Shown one piece after another: positions 13,257 through 24,115 of a DNA stretch of 64,000 bases. Position 1 is the stretch's first letter. Every line of letters starts with the position of its first letter. Position numbers and translations under genes: made by a program. The notes below the pieces were generated by a model. It had not been told where the DNA came from and searched no databases. It was given only the letters and a program-made list of their open reading frames with translations. This DNA comes from Alphaproteobacteria bacterium (GTDB lineage: Bacteria > Pseudomonadota > Alphaproteobacteria > Bin95), in contig CBDBGH010000003.1 in NCBI GenBank assembly GCA_965205265.1, positions 1,216,001 to 1,280,000 of the forward strand, in the 5' to 3' direction.

Positions 13257-14464
13257 CGCCTCGCCTCCGGCCAGACAACGAGCGCCAGCGCCAGCATCGC
13301 CAGCCCCTCGACGGCGACGACCGTGACGGCCGTCCAGGCGCCCAGCCATTCCGCGAGCAGGCCCATATGCAGGAAGCCGATCGGCCCCGTGCCGATGCAG
13401 ATGGTCAGCGCGCCCATGGCGCGGTTGCGCATTTCCGGGCTCGCGCCGAGATAGGTCAGGGTCGCTTGCATGGTCGCGAAGCAGGCGCCTCCGATGCCGG
13501 CCGTGACCAGAATTGTGCCAGAAAGCAGGAACCAGGGCGAGGCCACGAACACGATGGCGGACACCATGTAGGACGCAACCCCGAAGACATAGATGCGCCG
13601 GAACCAGACGGCGCGGCCGAGCCAGGCGATGCCGAGCGCGCCAATGAGCGCGCCCAGCCCCTCGGCGCTCTGCAGCACGCCCACTGGGAACGCCGAGAGG
13701 CCGAGCGCCTCCTTCCCGATCACCGGCACCATCGAGGTCATCGGGAAGCCCCAGACATTGAAGATGACGGTGACGGCCAGGGTGGCGACCAGCGGGCGGT
13801 TGGTGCGGATGTAGCGGAAGCCGTCGCGAAGCGCGGTCAGCACGCCGGCGGGCGCCGCGCCCGTCCGCGCGTCGGTCCCGACACGCACGCGCGCCATGAG
13901 CAGCAGCGAGAGGAGATTGATGGCGGCGCCGGCGAAGAACGTCCCGGAAATGCCGATGCCCTCCAGCAGCGCCCCGCCCGCAAGCGGACCGAGCATCCGG
14001 GTCGCATTGTTGGTGGCGGCGTCGAACCCCATCGCCTGGGCGACCCGGCCGTCGCCGGCAATGTCGCCCAGCATGGTGCGCCGCAGCGGCATTTCGCCGG
14101 ACCAGATCATGCCGTTGAGGAACGCGCCCGCCGCGACATGCCAGACCTCCAGCGCGCCGAGCGCGGCCAGTGCGCCCAGCAACACCGAGTTTGCGATCAA
14201 CACGCCGAGCCCCGCCATCACCACGGCCCGGCGGTCGAACCGCTCGGCCAGCGAGCCGGCGAGCGCGCCGAACAGCATGAGCGGCAGGAACCGCAGCACG
14301 AACATCAGCGTCACGTCGAATGCGGAGCCGGTGCGATCGAACACCCACACGCCGACCGCCAGAATCTCCAGCCAGCGGTTCACATTGGAGAGCGCGCCCG
14401 AAACCCAGACGCGCCGGAACGCGACATTGCCGATGAGTGCGAAGGGACTTATTGTGCCGGCCAT
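13253..14464 (-). CDS. MFS transporter
   Basis: About 12 hydrophobic segments; motif A GSLAERFDRR. Confidence 0.88.
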   Translation of the reverse strand: MAGTISPFALIGNVAFRRVWVSGALSNVNRWLEILAVGVWVFDRTGSAFDVTLMFVLRFLPLMLFGALAGSLAERFDRRAVVMAGLGVLIANSVLLGALAALGALEVWHVAAGAFLNGMIWSGEMPLRRTMLGDIAGDGRVAQAMGFDAATNNATRMLGPLAGGALLEGIGISGTFFAGAAINLLSLLLMARVRVGTDARTGAAPAGVLTALRDGFRYIRTNRPLVATLAVTVIFNVWGFPMTSMVPVIGKEALGLSAFPVGVLQSAEGLGALIGALGIAWLGRAVWFRRIYVFGVASYMVSAIVFVASPWFLLSGTILVTAGIGGACFATMQATLTYLGASPEMRNRAMGALTICIGTGPIGFLHMGLLAEWLGAWTAVTVVAVEGLAMLALALVVWPEARR

Positions 14465-14562
14465 AGGATATGCAAACCCCACCCGCGTTCCGGGCGCAAT
14501 CCCGAAAGCCGGCCCGGCCGCCGGATTACGGGCGCTCCCTGCCCGTATCGGGAAAGGCCGAT

Positions 14563-15780
14563 ATGCTTTACGCGCTTCACGAGATGCAGCGCCTCGCCTG
14601 GGCGCCGGCGCGCATGATGGCCGAGGCCGGCCGGCAGGCGGCGTCCAACCCTCTCCACCCGATGTCCTGGCACCCTGCCGGACGCGCCGTCGGCGCGGCC
14701 TGCGAACTGTTCGAGCGCGCGAGCCGCAAGCACGGCAAGCCGGAATTCGCCATCCGCCAGGTGCTGAGCGGCGGCGTTCCGCTTGCCGTGCGGGAAGAGG
14801 CGGTCCTTTCCGGGCCGTTCTGCGACCTGCTGCATTTCAGGCGCGAGGGCCGCACGGGAGACCCCGTCGTGCTGGTGGTGGCACCGCTTTCCGGCCATTT
14901 CGCCACGTTGCTTCGCGACACGGTGCGCGGGCTGCTCGCGGAGCATGACGCCTATATCACCGACTGGCAGGACGCCCGGCAGGTGCCGGCGAGCCGCGGG
15001 CCGTTCACGCTCGACGACTACATCGACACGCTGCTGGAGTTCCTGGCGCGGCTGGGGCCGGATGTGCATCTCGTCGCCGTTTGCCAGCCCTCCGTGCCGG
15101 CGCTTGCGGCAACGGCGCTGCTGGCCGCCTCGGGAAAGGCCGCGCCGCGTTCGCTCGTGCTGATGGGCGGGCCGATCGACACCCGCACCGGCGTCACGAA
15201 GGTCAACGAGTTCGCCAAGTCGCACAGCCGGCGCTGGTTCGAGCAGATGCTGATCCAGACCGTGCCGCCGCCCTATCCGGGCTTCGGGCGCCGGGTCTAT
15301 CCGGGCTTCATGCAGCTTTCGGGCTTCATGGGCATGAACCTCGACCGCCATGTCGGCGCGCATCTGCGCATGTTCGAGCATCTGGTGACGGGGGACGGCG
15401 AGAGCGCGGAGGCCCATCGCCGCTTCTACGACGAATATCTGGCGGTCATGGACATGCCGGCGGAATACTTCCTGGAGACGGTGGAACGGGTTTTCCAGGA
15501 ACACCACCTGCCGCGCGGGCTGTTCACCCATCGCGGTGTGGCGGTGGACACGGCGGCGATATGCGATACCGCGCTGATGACCGTCGAAGGCGAACGCGAC
15601 GACATTTCGGGGGTCGGCCAGACGGAGGCCGCCCACCGCCTCTGCCCGAACGTGCCGGCGGAACGCCGCCGCCACCGCCTGCAGGCCCGGGTCGGCCATT
15701 ACGGCATCTTCAACGGGCGCCGATGGCGGCACGAGATCCTGCCCGATATCGCCGATTTCATCCGCGCCGCGCGAAGCTGA
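14563..15780 (+). CDS. phaZ: Intracellular polyhydroxyalkanoate depolymerase
   Basis: APLSGHFATLLRDTV, AVCQPSVP, RRVYPGFMQL, FYDEYLAV, GHYGIFNGRRW. Confidence 0.92.
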   Translation: MLYALHEMQRLAWAPARMMAEAGRQAASNPLHPMSWHPAGRAVGAACELFERASRKHGKPEFAIRQVLSGGVPLAVREEAVLSGPFCDLLHFRREGRTGDPVVLVVAPLSGHFATLLRDTVRGLLAEHDAYITDWQDARQVPASRGPFTLDDYIDTLLEFLARLGPDVHLVAVCQPSVPALAATALLAASGKAAPRSLVLMGGPIDTRTGVTKVNEFAKSHSRRWFEQMLIQTVPPPYPGFGRRVYPGFMQLSGFMGMNLDRHVGAHLRMFEHLVTGDGESAEAHRRFYDEYLAVMDMPAEYFLETVERVFQEHHLPRGLFTHRGVAVDTAAICDTALMTVEGERDDISGVGQTEAAHRLCPNVPAERRRHRLQARVGHYGIFNGRRWRHEILPDIADFIRAARS

Positions 15781-15795
15781 GGAGCCCGGACCCCG

Positions 15796-16719
15796 ATGAA
15801 CGATGTCCTGCAGACCGACGAACCGCGGGGCGTTGCGGTTGCAACCCTGACGCCCATGACACCGGAGCTCGAGCCGGATTTTGACCGCTTCGCGGCCCAT
15901 TGCCGGCGGATGCTGGAGCGGGGCGCCGACCTGCTGGCGGTTCTCGGCACGACGGGCGAGGCGAATTCGCTCGGCGTGGACGAGAAGCTCCGCCTTCTGG
16001 ATGCGCTCGGCGAGTCGGACATACCCGGCGGGACCCTGCTGCCCGGCACCGGGACCTGCTCCATCGCGGACACGGTGATCCTGACGCGGAAGGCGCTGGA
16101 GGTCGGCTCGGCCGGCGTCGTCATGCTGCCGCCCTTCTACTACAAGGGCGTGTCGGATGCGGGACTGCATGCCGCCTATGAGGAGGTCGTCCAGCGCGTG
16201 GGCGACCCGCGGCTCAGGATCTATTTCTACAACTTCCCCTTCAATTCCGGCGTGCCGATCTCGCACGACCTGATCGAGGGCCTGCTTGCCGCCTATCCGG
16301 GCACGATCGCCGGCATCAAGGACAGCTCCGGCGATCTCGACAACATGCTGGCGATGTGCAGGCGCTTCCCCGGCTTCGGCGTGTTTGCAGGTTCCGAACA
16401 GTTCCTGCTGCCGGTGCTGGAGGCGGGCGGCGCCGGCTGCATCTCCGCGACGGCGAATGTCACCATAGGCCTCTGCGCCGAGGTGCTGGCCGCGGCAAGG
16501 GCCGGCGAGGACGCCGGCACCCTGCAGGAGAGGCTTTCCGCCTGGCGCCTGGCGATCCAGTCGCAACCCCTGATTCCGGCGCTCAAGGCGATTGTGGCCC
16601 GGGGGACGGGCGACGATGAATGGCTGGCGCTCCGGCCGCCGCTGACGGCCCTGGACGCGGCGTCCGGCGCTGCGCTGGACGAGGCGCTCGACGCGGCCGG
16701 AGTCGGCAGGGCGGCCTGA
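15796..16719 (+). CDS. Dihydrodipicolinate synthase family aldolase
   Basis: GTTGEA, PPFYYK, YNFP, GIKDSSG. Confidence 0.9.
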   Translation: MNDVLQTDEPRGVAVATLTPMTPELEPDFDRFAAHCRRMLERGADLLAVLGTTGEANSLGVDEKLRLLDALGESDIPGGTLLPGTGTCSIADTVILTRKALEVGSAGVVMLPPFYYKGVSDAGLHAAYEEVVQRVGDPRLRIYFYNFPFNSGVPISHDLIEGLLAAYPGTIAGIKDSSGDLDNMLAMCRRFPGFGVFAGSEQFLLPVLEAGGAGCISATANVTIGLCAEVLAAARAGEDAGTLQERLSAWRLAIQSQPLIPALKAIVARGTGDDEWLALRPPLTALDAASGAALDEALDAAGVGRAA

Positions 16720-16827
16720 GGCGCGCATGACGCTGCGGGTGCACGTCCTGATTTTGCGAGGTTGAGAAATGCCATGGTTTCGCCACGATATCTGTTTCTT
16801 ATATTCGGGGGGCAGATGGAGGCGGAC

Positions 16828-17247
16828 ATGGCCAGGACCGATCACGACGGCCTCGTCGAACAGCGTGGCGAGCTGCTGCGGGAGATTGCGGGCATCGGCG
16901 ACCTCCGTCAGGGTTCGCTCAGGGCACAGTACCGCAAGTGCGGCAAACCGAACTGCCATTGCGCGGTCGAGGGGGCGCAGGGGCATGGCCCCTACTGGTT
17001 GTTGACTTGGCCGGACAGGGAGACAGGGAAGTCCCGCGGCCGCACCGTTCCCGCCGACGCCATTGAGGGAACGCGGGCGCAGATCGCGGAATACCAGCGG
17101 CTTCGCGGTCTGGTGCGCGCGCTTGTCGAGGTCAGCGGCCGGATATGCGATGCCAGGCTGGACGCGGACAAGCCGGCCGCGCCGGGAAAAAGGGGGGTCT
17201 CGACGCAGCGATCGCGGAGGAGGTCGAGGCCGAGGTCGAGTGGCTGA
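16828..17247 (+). CDS. IS OrfA (DUF6788-like Zn-binding protein)
   Basis: YRKCGKPNCHC...GHGPYW; RBS GGAGG. Confidence 0.8.
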   Translation: MARTDHDGLVEQRGELLREIAGIGDLRQGSLRAQYRKCGKPNCHCAVEGAQGHGPYWLLTWPDRETGKSRGRTVPADAIEGTRAQIAEYQRLRGLVRALVEVSGRICDARLDADKPAAPGKRGVSTQRSRRRSRPRSSG

Positions 17248-18527
17248 TCGGCGCGGGCGTCGTCGATGACTTCCAGGCGATCGAGATCGAAGCGCGGCGG
17301 GTTGCGTTGCAGATCATGGGGCAGGCCGTCGCCCACAGGCTCAATGCCGACCGTTCCGACAACCGGGGACCGTGGCTGTCGTGTGCGTGCGGCGGCGAGG
17401 CGCGCTTCGCCGGCCGCCGGCCCAAGACCTTCACCACCGCTCTCGGCCCTCTGACGCTGGAGCGCGCCTGGTATCACTGCGACCGTTGCCACCGCGGCTT
17501 CAGCCCGCGTGATCGAACCCTCGGCATGCAAGATACTTTCCTCTCACCGGCGGCGCTGCGCATGATCGGCGTTGCTGCTGCCCGTACCAGCTTCGAGGGC
17601 TCCAGCGCCCTGTTGCGCGAACTGGCAGGCCTGGCTGTCGCGCCGAAGACGGTCGAACGCCATGCCGAGGCGCTCGGGCGAGAGATCGCAGGCGACGAAT
17701 GCCGCGTGATCGAACCCGAGCCGTCCGACGCCCCCACCCTCTATCTCGGCCTCGACGGCACCGGCGTGCCGGCGCGCAAGACCGAGGTCGAGGGCCGCGC
17801 GGGCAAGCAGCCCGACGGCTCCGCCAGCACCCGCGAGGCCAAGCTCGCCGTCGTGTGGTCGGCGGAGACCGTCGACAGGGAGGGGCGTCCGGTGCGCGAC
17901 CCCGGCTCCGCCACCTACAACGCCGCCATCGAATCCATCGCCACCCGCGAGTTCGACCCCGAGCCCGCGCCCTTCGCCCGGCGTGTCATCCGCGAGGCCG
18001 AACGCCGCGGCTTCGACACGGCCGAGCGCCGGGTCATCCTCGGCGACGGCGCGCCGTGGATCTGGAACTTCGCCGATGAGCACTTCCCCGACGCCATCCA
18101 GATCGTCGACATCTTCCATGCCAAGGGCCACCTGTTCGACGCAGCCAAGGCGATCTACGGGACCGGCAGCGAGATCGGTGAGCGATGGGCCGGGAAGCGG
18201 CGCGAGGAACTCGACGAGGGCCGCGTCGACGAGGTGATCGCCGCCCTCAAGGGCCATGCCGAAACTTGCGAGAACGCCCGCAAGAACGCCGAGTATTTCA
18301 CCAACAACCGCGAGCGCATGAACTACCCGAAGTTCCGCGCGATGGGCTTGTGCGTGGCCAGCGGCGTGGTCGAGGGCGGCTGCAAGAACATCGTCGGCGC
18401 CCGCCTCAAGCAGGGAGGCATGCGCTGGACCGTCAACGGCGCCAACGCCATCATCGCCCTGCGCTGCGCCGTCGAGAGCAATCGCTTCGACGACTTCTGG
18501 GAACGACGAGCCGGCGCAATACCATGA
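17145..18527 (+). CDS. ISKra4-family transposase (probably reached by -1 frameshift from OrfA)
   Basis: CxCG...RAWYHCxxC, LDGTGVP, LGDGAPWIW, VDIFHA, SGVVEGGCK, RLKQGGMRW. Confidence 0.88.
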   Translation: MRCQAGRGQAGRAGKKGGLDAAIAEEVEAEVEWLIGAGVVDDFQAIEIEARRVALQIMGQAVAHRLNADRSDNRGPWLSCACGGEARFAGRRPKTFTTALGPLTLERAWYHCDRCHRGFSPRDRTLGMQDTFLSPAALRMIGVAAARTSFEGSSALLRELAGLAVAPKTVERHAEALGREIAGDECRVIEPEPSDAPTLYLGLDGTGVPARKTEVEGRAGKQPDGSASTREAKLAVVWSAETVDREGRPVRDPGSATYNAAIESIATREFDPEPAPFARRVIREAERRGFDTAERRVILGDGAPWIWNFADEHFPDAIQIVDIFHAKGHLFDAAKAIYGTGSEIGERWAGKRREELDEGRVDEVIAALKGHAETCENARKNAEYFTNNRERMNYPKFRAMGLCVASGVVEGGCKNIVGARLKQGGMRWTVNGANAIIALRCAVESNRFDDFWERRAGAIP

Positions 18528-18623
18528 ATCTCACAAATGCGACGTGCACCCTTGACGCTGCCTCCGGCTTGCCGGCCTGCGACAAATTGTGCTAGCTGAC
18601 TGCGGCTCCCGCCGGAGGTTCGC

Positions 18624-19574
18624 GTGCCGCTGAAAGGCCTTCCGCTCTGTCTCGCCGCCGCTATGGCGGCAGTCTTGCCGGGGCACCTTCGGGCCGATGA
18701 CGCCTATCTGGACCGCACGGTCGAATGGGTGGTTCCGTTCGGGCCGGGCGGCGGGTCGGACCGCTGGGCGCGCGTCATGTCCTCGGCAGCCATCGACGCT
18801 TTCGGCCAGGCGTGGCATGTGCGCAACCGGGGCGGGGAGGAAGGCCGGCTAGGCTGGCGCTACATGCTCGACCAGCCTCCCGACGGCTACACCATCCTGC
18901 AAGGCAGCATGACGCCTGTCATTGCGGCGCTCAGGGATCCCGGCTCCGACCTCAATCCGGAAGACCTGAAGATCGCGGCGTTCATCTCGTCGATAAAGAC
19001 GCATCTGGTCGCCGCGCCGGACTCGGAGTTCCACAGCTGGGACAAGCTGGCGGCCCGGCCGCCGTCCAGCGTCCCGCCGCGAATCGGCGGGACCTCCGCC
19101 ATGCTGCTGGCCGCCGCCACCGGCCTGGACAGGCTCGGGGTTCCCGCCACGCTGCACCGCTATTCCGGCACGGGCGAGGCGGTGGAAGCGCTTATGGCCG
19201 GGCAGGTCGATATGGCGGCCGTCAGCACCTCGACCGTGTTTTCGCTCGCGGGGCGGGCGTCCGCCGTCATCAATCTCGGCGCACGCGACAACACCCCGGC
19301 AATCAAGGAGAAGATCGGCGACGTTCCCTGGATCGGCGCGCTCGGGGCCGTCGGCGTCGGGGTTCCGCGCTGGGTGGGCGTTCATCCGGAAACGCCGGAC
19401 GATGCGGTCGAACGCATCTCCGACGGCGTGGGCAGGGTGCTTGCGGACAAGTCCGTCATCAAGCTGATGGCCAGGCTCGGCGAGGAAATCCACTATCTGC
19501 CGCGCGACGCCGCCGCCGCCGCCTATGGAGAACTGCTGGAGCGCATGAAGGAATTGCTCGACCGTATGCCGTAG
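18624..19574 (+). CDS. Tripartite tricarboxylate transporter substrate-binding protein (TctC/Bug)
   Basis: Signal peptide, VVPFGPGGGSD, PDGYTIL, ALMAGQVD. Confidence 0.85.
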   Translation: MPLKGLPLCLAAAMAAVLPGHLRADDAYLDRTVEWVVPFGPGGGSDRWARVMSSAAIDAFGQAWHVRNRGGEEGRLGWRYMLDQPPDGYTILQGSMTPVIAALRDPGSDLNPEDLKIAAFISSIKTHLVAAPDSEFHSWDKLAARPPSSVPPRIGGTSAMLLAAATGLDRLGVPATLHRYSGTGEAVEALMAGQVDMAAVSTSTVFSLAGRASAVINLGARDNTPAIKEKIGDVPWIGALGAVGVGVPRWVGVHPETPDDAVERISDGVGRVLADKSVIKLMARLGEEIHYLPRDAAAAAYGELLERMKELLDRMP

Positions 19575-19636
19575 GCGAATGATTCCGTCTTCGCGCCATA
19601 TAGCGGCGGCGGCGGGTTTCCGTTAGCATCCGGTGA

Positions 19637-20071
19637 ATGAGCGCGAATGTGGAAGTGCCGCTCGCAGCGGACCTCGACGAGTTGTCCCGTCTGGCGGAGG
19701 CGGTGGAGGATTTCGGCGGAGCGAACGATTTGCCGCCGGGTGCGATGTTCAAGCTCAACCTCTGCTTCGACGAATTGATTACCAACGCCATTTCCTACGG
19801 TTTCGAGGCGCCGGACAAGGCGGCTCTCTCCGTGGCGCTCGCAGTAGAGGACGGCGCCGTGGTCGCGGTAATCCGCGACAACGGCCGGCCCTTCGATCCG
19901 TTCACCGAAGCGCCGGAGGCCGACACCACCCTGGCCGTCGAGGACCGGCCTATCGGCGGCCTCGGCGTGTTGCTCGTGCGCGAATCGATGGACGATTTCT
20001 CCTATGAGCGGCGCGACGGCTTCAATGTGGTCACGCTGCGCCTGAAACTCGACGGGCAGGAGACTCCGTGA
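19637..20071 (+). CDS. RsbW-like anti-sigma factor/Ser kinase (HATPase_c)
   Basis: ELITNAISYG, IRDNGRPFDP, GGLGV, GFNVVTL. Confidence 0.88.
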   Translation: MSANVEVPLAADLDELSRLAEAVEDFGGANDLPPGAMFKLNLCFDELITNAISYGFEAPDKAALSVALAVEDGAVVAVIRDNGRPFDPFTEAPEADTTLAVEDRPIGGLGVLLVRESMDDFSYERRDGFNVVTLRLKLDGQETP

Positions 20072-20913
20072 CGGAGGAACCCCGCCGCTCTTTCTTCAAC
20101 GAATCGACGGGCCGCGCTCCCGGCCGCGGCAGGCTCGCGGGCAGGCGGATCCTGGTGGTGGGCGGCGGCCAGCGCGATATCGAGGACCCCGATCCCCCGA
20201 TCGGCAACGGCCGGGCGGCCACCATCCTCTATGCCCGCGAAGGCGCCCATGTCGCCTGCGCGGACGTTTCCGGGCCGGCCGCCGACGGAACGGTCGCCGC
20301 AGTCGCGGAAGAAGGCGGCCGCGCCTTCGCAATCGAGGCGGATGTCGCGGATCCGGCGGCGGTCGACTCCATGGTGGCAGACGCCGCGGAGCGGCTGGAC
20401 GGCCTGGACGGGCTGCTGCTGAATGTGGGCGTCAGCGGCCCGCCGCTGGGCCTCGCCGGCGAGTCCCCGGACGAATGGGACCGCGTGATGGCGATCAATC
20501 TGCGCAGCCACATGCTGACCTGCCGGGCGGCCCTGCCGATATTGGCCGACGGTTCCAGCATCGTGTTCATCGCCTCCGTTTCGGGCATGCGCCCCAATAC
20601 CGCCAAACCGTCCTACGACGCCTCGAAGACGGCGTTGAAGGGGCTTTGCGGCCATGTCGCGCAGGAAGGCCATGGGCGGGGGATCCGCGCCAATATCGTC
20701 GCGCCCGGGCTGATGGACACTGCGCTGGGGCGCAACGCCAGCCGCCGGCGCCCCGCCCGGAACGCGAAACCCCTGCCGTTCGACCGCCAGGGGACGGGCT
20801 GGGAGACTGCTTACGCATCCCTGTTCCTGATGTCGCGTGAAAGCGCCTATATCACCGCCCAGACCCTGGTCGTCGATGGCGGGCTGATCGACCTTTGGTG
20901 GCGAGCCGGTTGA
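20068..20913 (+). CDS. SDR family oxidoreductase
   Basis: YDASK (YxxxK), IRANIVAPG, TLVVDGG. Confidence 0.88.
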   Translation: MTEEPRRSFFNESTGRAPGRGRLAGRRILVVGGGQRDIEDPDPPIGNGRAATILYAREGAHVACADVSGPAADGTVAAVAEEGGRAFAIEADVADPAAVDSMVADAAERLDGLDGLLLNVGVSGPPLGLAGESPDEWDRVMAINLRSHMLTCRAALPILADGSSIVFIASVSGMRPNTAKPSYDASKTALKGLCGHVAQEGHGRGIRANIVAPGLMDTALGRNASRRRPARNAKPLPFDRQGTGWETAYASLFLMSRESAYITAQTLVVDGGLIDLWWRAG

Positions 20914-20990
20914 CGGCCCGCGGCGCTGGAGCGCCGGCATGACGGGTTCTATAAGTAGCCCGCAGAGGACGGGGCGCGGAAGGCGACGGG

Positions 20991-22259
20991 ATGCTGGACC
21001 TCAGGTGGATAAGGGAGAGCCCGGAGGCGCTCGACCGGGCCTTGGGGCGACGGAGGGAGCCCCCCGCCGCAGCCCGCGTGGGCGCGCTCGACGCCGAACG
21101 GCGCGCCTGCCAGACCCGTTTCCAGGAGTGCCGCCAGCGCCGCAATGCGCTCTCCCGCGAGATCGGCAGGGCAAAGGCGGCCGGCGAGCCGGCCGATGAG
21201 CTGATCGCGGAAGTCTCGCGCCTCAAGGACGAGGAGCGGGACGCCGAAGAGGCCGAGCGCAAGGCGGCTGCGGAACTGGACGCGCTGCTCGAAGGCATGC
21301 CGAACCCGCCGGACGAGGATGTGCCGGACGGAACGGACGAGGCCGGCAATGTCGAGCTCAGCCGGACCGGCGCGCGTCCTGAGTTCGATTTCGCGCCGAA
21401 GGACCATGTCGAGCTCGGCGAGGCGCTCGGCCTGATGGATTTCGAGCGGGCGGCGTTCCTGTCCGGCGCCCGCTTCGTCGTCCTGCGCGGCGCGCTCGCC
21501 CGGCTGGAGCGGGCGCTTGCCCAGTTCATGCTGGACGTGCACACGGAGGAGTTCGGCTACGAGGAGGTATCGCCGCCGACGCTGGTCCGCAGTCCGGCGC
21601 TGTTCGGCACCGGCCAGTTGCCGAAATTCGAGCAGGACCAGTTCAGGACCGATACCGGCCACTGGCTGATTCCGACGGCGGAAGTGCCGCTCACCAACAT
21701 GGCGGGGGGGCGCATTCTGGCGGAGGAGGAATTGCCGCTGCGCTTTACTGCCTTCACGCCGTGCTATCGCTCGGAAGCAGGCTCAGCCGGGCGCGACACG
21801 CGCGGCATGATCCGCTTGCATGAGTTCCGGAAGGTCGAGTTGGTTTCGATTGCCCATCCCGACGCTTCGGCCGGGGAACATGAGCGGATGACGCGGGCGG
21901 CGGAAACGGTTCTGGAACGCCTAGAGCTTCCCTGGCGGCGCGTCATCCTCTGCACGGGGGACATGGGCGCCGCCGCGCGCAAGACCTACGATCTTGAAGT
22001 ATGGCTGCCGGGGCAGGGCGCCTACCGCGAAATCTCGAGTTGCTCCAATTGCGGCGACTACCAGGCGCGGCGGATGAACGCGCGCTTCCGCCCGGCGGGA
22101 AGCAAGGCGACGCGCTTCGTGCATACCCTGAACGGGTCCGGGCTGGCCGTGGGCCGGACGCTGGTTGCCCTGCTGGAAAACGGCCAGCAGGCCGACGGGT
22201 CGGTTGTGCTGCCGCCGGCGATTCGTCCCTATATGGGGGGGCGCGAGCGCCTTGAATAG
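20991..22259 (+). CDS. serS: Serine--tRNA ligase
   Basis: [38 protein letters not shown]. Confidence 0.97.
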   Translation: MLDLRWIRESPEALDRALGRRREPPAAARVGALDAERRACQTRFQECRQRRNALSREIGRAKAAGEPADELIAEVSRLKDEERDAEEAERKAAAELDALLEGMPNPPDEDVPDGTDEAGNVELSRTGARPEFDFAPKDHVELGEALGLMDFERAAFLSGARFVVLRGALARLERALAQFMLDVHTEEFGYEEVSPPTLVRSPALFGTGQLPKFEQDQFRTDTGHWLIPTAEVPLTNMAGGRILAEEELPLRFTAFTPCYRSEAGSAGRDTRGMIRLHEFRKVELVSIAHPDASAGEHERMTRAAETVLERLELPWRRVILCTGDMGAAARKTYDLEVWLPGQGAYREISSCSNCGDYQARRMNARFRPAGSKATRFVHTLNGSGLAVGRTLVALLENGQQADGSVVLPPAIRPYMGGRERLE

Positions 22260-22959
22260 GAAACGTCGAGGAACCGCGCCGCATGGCGGGGCGGAAGCGC
22301 CCCCGACGCCTGGCGCCACGCGCGCGCGGCTGCTGATGATGCTGCGCGGGTCCGGCGTTATCGACGAGAAGGTACTTGCGGCCATCGAACGCACGCCGCG
22401 CGATGCCTTCGTCCCGGCGCTGTTTCGCGACCAGGCCTATGAAGACACGGCCCTGCCGATCGGCAACGGCCAGACGATCAGCCGCCCGAGCGTTGTCGCC
22501 TTCATGACGGCCATGCTGGCGCCGGGGCCGCGCATGCGCGTGCTGGAGATCGGCACCGGCTCCGGCTACCAGGCCGCCGTGCTCACCTGGCTCTGCCGCA
22601 GGGTTTACACGATGGAACGGCACCGGCTGCTTCTCTCGGAGGCCGAGGCGCGGTTCGAACGGCTGGGGATCACCAACATCACCACACGCTGCGGCGACGG
22701 CGTGCGCGGCTGGCCCCGGGCGGGCCAGTTCGACCGTATCCTGGTTACGGCGGCGGCAGACGATGTGCCGACGGCGCTGGTGGAGCAGCTTGCCGAGGGC
22801 GGCCGGATGCTGGTGCCGATCCGCGAGTCCCATGGCGTGCAGCGGCTGGTCTGCCTGTCCCGGGCGGAGGGCGGCGTCGAGGCCGAAGCCCTGCGCGAGA
22901 CCTCCTTCGTGCCGCTGGTCGGCGCCTATGACGAGCCGGCCTCGCAGGAGGCCGCGTAA
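22252..22959 (+). CDS. pcm: Protein-L-isoaspartate O-methyltransferase (start uncertain)
   Basis: [40 protein letters not shown]. Confidence 0.92.
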   Translation: MNRKRRGTAPHGGAEAPPTPGATRARLLMMLRGSGVIDEKVLAAIERTPRDAFVPALFRDQAYEDTALPIGNGQTISRPSVVAFMTAMLAPGPRMRVLEIGTGSGYQAAVLTWLCRRVYTMERHRLLLSEAEARFERLGITNITTRCGDGVRGWPRAGQFDRILVTAAADDVPTALVEQLAEGGRMLVPIRESHGVQRLVCLSRAEGGVEAEALRETSFVPLVGAYDEPASQEAA

Positions 22960-24104
22960 TGCGGACCGTTGCCCTCCTCGCCGCGCTGCTGCTCTCCGCC
23001 TGCGGCTGGGTCGAGGTTGCCGACCCCGGCAGGCCGGCGAAGCCGCCCGGGGCCTCGGGCGCAAGCAAGGCCGTGTCGGAAGACGGCCGGATCCGGGTGC
23101 GGAAGGGAGACAGCGTCTATCTCATCGCGAGACGCCACGGCGTCGCGATGCGCGACATTATCGAGCGCAACCGGCTGACGGCGCCCTACCATCTCAGGGA
23201 GGGGCAAGTGCTGGTCCTGCCGGCCCCGCGCGAGCATGTGGTGGAAGCCGGCGACTCGTTGTGGCTGATTTCGCAGCGATACGACGTTCCGATCGCCGCA
23301 CTGGTGCGCGCCAACGGGTTGAAGGAGCCCTATACGATCTACAGGGGAACGGCGCTCCGCATCCCCAGGCGGACGGAGCCGCCTCCGGAGGATGCCACCG
23401 AAGCGCGCAAGGAGCCCGCGCCCGACCGCAGGTCGCCGGCGGCGGCAACCGCCGCAGGCGCGCCGCCGGTCCCCAGACCGGCGCCTGTCGCACAGGCGAA
23501 AGCGCCGCCGTCGGGCGGACCCGGCGCGGCCGGGTCCCGCGATGCCGCGCCCGCGCCGAGGCGCGCGTCGGCCCCGGCTGCCGCCTCGACGCCCGCGCCG
23601 CGCAAGGAGGCGGCAGCGAAATCCGCGCCTAGCAAGGCGACGGCGGAGAAACCCGCGCCGCGAACCGTGGCCAGGCCGCCGGCCGCGCCGGTCCAGACAG
23701 CCCTCAAGCCGTTGCCGCCCCGCGCCGGACGGTTCCTGCGCCCCCTGGCCGGACCGGTCGTCACCGGGTTCGGGCCGCAGCCGGACGGCCTGCACAATGA
23801 CGGCATCAACATAGCCGCGACACGCGGCGCGGCCGTGCACTCGGCGGAGGCCGGGCGGGTGGCCTATGCCGGCAACGAGCTGCCGGGATACGGAAACCTG
23901 CTGCTCATCAGGCATCGCGGCGGTTGGGTCTCGGCCTACGCCCACAATGACCGCCTGCTGGTCGCGCGGGGAGACGAGGTCCGGCGCGGGCAGAGGATCG
24001 CGCTGGTCGGCAGCAGCGGCCGGGTAACGACCCCGCAACTCCATTTCGAACTGAGGCGGCAGGGACGCGCCGTCGATCCCGCCCCCCATCTCGACGGCGG
24101 CTGA
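22959..24104 (+). CDS. nlpD: NlpD-like lipoprotein, 2x LysM + M23 peptidase domain
   Basis: Lipobox LSAC, two LysM repeats, Pro/Ala linker, HNDGINI, QLHFELR. Confidence 0.85.
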   Translation: MRTVALLAALLLSACGWVEVADPGRPAKPPGASGASKAVSEDGRIRVRKGDSVYLIARRHGVAMRDIIERNRLTAPYHLREGQVLVLPAPREHVVEAGDSLWLISQRYDVPIAALVRANGLKEPYTIYRGTALRIPRRTEPPPEDATEARKEPAPDRRSPAAATAAGAPPVPRPAPVAQAKAPPSGGPGAAGSRDAAPAPRRASAPAAASTPAPRKEAAAKSAPSKATAEKPAPRTVARPPAAPVQTALKPLPPRAGRFLRPLAGPVVTGFGPQPDGLHNDGINIAATRGAAVHSAEAGRVAYAGNELPGYGNLLLIRHRGGWVSAYAHNDRLLVARGDEVRRGQRIALVGSSGRVTTPQLHFELRRQGRAVDPAPHLDGG

Positions 24105-24115
24105 GCGCGAGGGGT

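Larger units (their letters stand above)
16737..18552 (+). mobile_element. ISKra4-type (IS256 superfamily) insertion sequence
   Basis: TIRs GGGTGCACGTC...; direct repeat TGACGCTGC at 16728-16736 and 18553-18561; two overlapping ORFs. Confidence 0.88.

Noticed and set aside
18552-18600. IS-created hybrid promoter (TTGACG) for the TctC-like gene
   Set aside because: No -10 at a suitable spacing.
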